Origin: the human T2T-CHM13v2.0 reference genome, Homo sapiens | NCBI RefSeq assembly: GCF_009914755.1 | Contig: NC_060946.1 | Strand: one strand, 5' to 3' | Length of the DNA: 64,000 nucleotides | In this document: positions 62,535-64,000 of the stretch, piece after piece | Layout: every line of letters starts with the position of its first letter | How positions within the stretch are numbered: the first letter of the stretch is position 1 | Program-made: the position numbers and the translations under genes | The notes under the pieces: generated by a model | Database searches by the model: none | The model's input: only the letters and a program-made list of their open reading frames with translations | Told to the model about the DNA's origin: nothing

Positions 62535-63998
62535 TCACCGGTAGTGTGGCCCGCAGGGACGCCGACCTGCTGGAGCGTCGTGCCAGCATGGGCTGTGGCA
62601 TCCACGTGGGCCAGCAGGAGGTTCCCGCTGCACAGCTGTGGGGTGAGGATAGACTGGGTGGTGATATCGGCCATTACAGGGGCCTCTTCTGCTGGCAAGA
62701 GTGTGACAGTAGCAAGTAGATGGACAGGCCTGTGTGTGAGGACGTAATGCAGGAGGGGCTCTTGTGCGGCTGGGTGTGGGGCCCTCACGGGAACCGTGGA
62801 GAAATGGCCAGGTAACTGCGTCATGTGGGCTGGTAGATTGGCCAGGGCTTCGAACTGAAGGACGATAACGGGGAGTAGCTGTCAGGCCCTGGGAGTGCCT
62901 GAGTGTAAGTGAAGATGGGTTTGGGGTCACTGAGGGATGCGTGGGAGCCATCCCTGTATAGGTACAGGTCGCAGGGAGATAGCCTCGTGAGGCCTGTGAG
63001 TGTCTAGGGTTGTCCTGGGTGCCTGGGGCTGACTGTGGCAGAAATCTGGGGAAGGCTGGAGAGAAGCTGGGAGACCCAGGAGAGTCCCTGAAGGCAGGGG
63101 GTGAAGAGGTGAAAGAAATGGGGGTGGGTTGCAGTAAGGTCCGTGAGTTTGTAGGTGATTCCTGGGTGCGGGAAGCTGACTCCAGGTGAAATCTGGAGAT
63201 GGTTGGAGAGTAGCTGAGAGAGACAGAAGAGTCCCTGAGGGTTGGGGGTGAGAACATGAGGGAGACGGGGGAGTAAGTCAGTGAAATTCGTGAGTTCGGT
63301 GGTGTATCGTGGGTGCCTGAAACTGACTCCAGCTGGAATCTAGAGAAGTTTTGAGAGTAGCTGAAAGAGACACAAGAGTCCCTGTGGGCTGAGGGCAAAG
63401 ACCTGAGAGAGACCAGGGAGGACCTCAGTGAAGTCTGTGAGTCTGTAGGTGATTCCGGAGTGTGGGAGGCTGACTCCCGCTGAAATGTGGGCGTGGTGGG
63501 AGAGTAGCTGGGACAGACAGGAGAGTCCCAGGGGGCTGGGGGTGAAGACATGAGAGAGAGTGGGGAGTAACTCAGTGAAATTGCTGAGTTGGTTGGTGAT
63601 ACCTGGGTGCCTGGAACTGACCCCCGCTGAAATCTGGGCATGGTTGGAGAGTAGCTGGGACACACAGGAGAGTCCCTGAGGGCTGGGGGTGAAGACATGA
63701 GAGAGACCGGGGAGTAACTGAGTGAAACTGGTGAGTTTGGTGGCGACTCCGGGGTGCGTGGAACTGACTCCAGCTGAAATGTGGGCGTGGTTGGAGAGTA
63801 GCTGGGACAGTCAGGAGAGTCCCTGAGGACTGGTGAAGACATGAGAGAGACTGGAGAGTAATTGAGTGAAATTGGTGAGTTTGGTGGTGATTCCTGGGTG
63901 CCTGGAACTGACTCCCGCTGAAGTGTGGGCGTGGTTGGAGAGTAGCTGGGACACACAGGAGAGTCCCTGAGGGTTGGAGATAAAGACGTGCTAGAGAC
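62535..63998 (-). CDS. Putative Pol II CTD-like heptad-repeat protein (5'-incomplete ORF; translation unproven)
   Basis: The 473-aa track ORF starts at a GTG, but the frame stays open to the window edge (VSSTSLSPTLRDSP before VCPSYSPTTP). 49-aa repeats with SYSPTTP/SYSPVSL; unique C-terminus; TGA at 62535-62537. Confidence 0.4.
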   Translation of the reverse strand, partial: VSSTSLSPTLRDSPVCPSYSPTTPTLQRESVPGTQESPPNSPISLNYSPVSLMSSPVLRDSPDCPSYSPTTPTFQLESVPRTPESPPNSPVSLSYSPVSLMSSPPALRDSPVCPSYSPTMPRFQRGSVPGTQVSPTNSAISLSYSPLSLMSSPPAPWDSPVCPSYSPTTPTFQRESASHTPESPTDSQTSLRSSLVSLRSLPSAHRDSCVSFSYSQNFSRFQLESVSGTHDTPPNSRISLTYSPVSLMFSPPTLRDSSVSLSYSPTISRFHLESASRTQESPTNSRTLLQPTPISFTSSPPAFRDSPGSPSFSPAFPRFLPQSAPGTQDNPRHSQASRGYLPATCTYTGMAPTHPSVTPNPSSLTLRHSQGLTATPRYRPSVRSPGQSTSPHDAVTWPFLHGSREGPTPSRTRAPPALRPHTQACPSTCYCHTLASRRGPCNGRYHHPVYPHPTAVQREPPAGPRGCHSPCWHDAPAGRRPCGPHYR

Positions 63999-64000
63999 TG
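62990..64000. repeat. 147-bp tandem satellite (ACRO1-type), about 7 units, running off the window
   Basis: Anchor gagtccc at 63082, 63229, 63376, 63523, 63670, 63817 and 63961 (spacings 147 x5, then 144); G-rich plus strand. Confidence 0.92.

Noticed and set aside
62379-62747. Plus-strand ORFs of 122 and 89 aa next to the satellite
   Set aside because: GC-rich antisense shadows of the longer minus-strand frame, with non-ATG or weak starts and no homology recognised.
63082-64000. Regular repeats read as a CRISPR array or as POLR2A itself
   Set aside because: The units are contiguous with no unique spacers and the DNA is primate. The heptads are far more degenerate than the RPB1 CTD and no polymerase domains are present.

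Overview
This is hominid (human or great-ape-like) genomic DNA, not prokaryotic. It is almost entirely interspersed repeat: about 18 Alus, L1s of many ages, DNA-transposon relics and several ERVs. There are no rRNA, tRNA or CRISPR features and no conventional host protein-coding gene. From left to right: (1) a full-length but dead L1PA4-like element at 3.7-9.8 kb; (2) AT-rich DNA with old repeats; (3) a nested L1 > HERV-K(HML-1-like) > HERV-K(HML-3/MER9) structure at 35.4-42.0 kb, cut off at an apparent rearrangement junction near 42.0-42.7 kb; (4) an Alu-riddled MER4-group/MER52-like ERV1 with an env remnant, carrying an L1PA7-like insertion whose 5'UTR lacks exactly a GT..AG intron (a spliced L1); (5) an old minus-strand L1MA; (6) at the right edge, a GGAA microsatellite and the start of a 147-bp ACRO1-type satellite array. 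The most striking signal is in that array. Its minus strand is one uninterrupted reading frame of at least 487 codons, open to the window edge. Each 147-bp unit is 7 x 21 bp and encodes seven degenerate RNA polymerase II CTD-like heptads. The frame runs into a unique Pro/Cys/His-rich C-terminus followed by a candidate ATTAAA poly(A) signal. Repeat subfamily names come from recalled consensus sequences and need RepeatMasker/Dfam confirmation.
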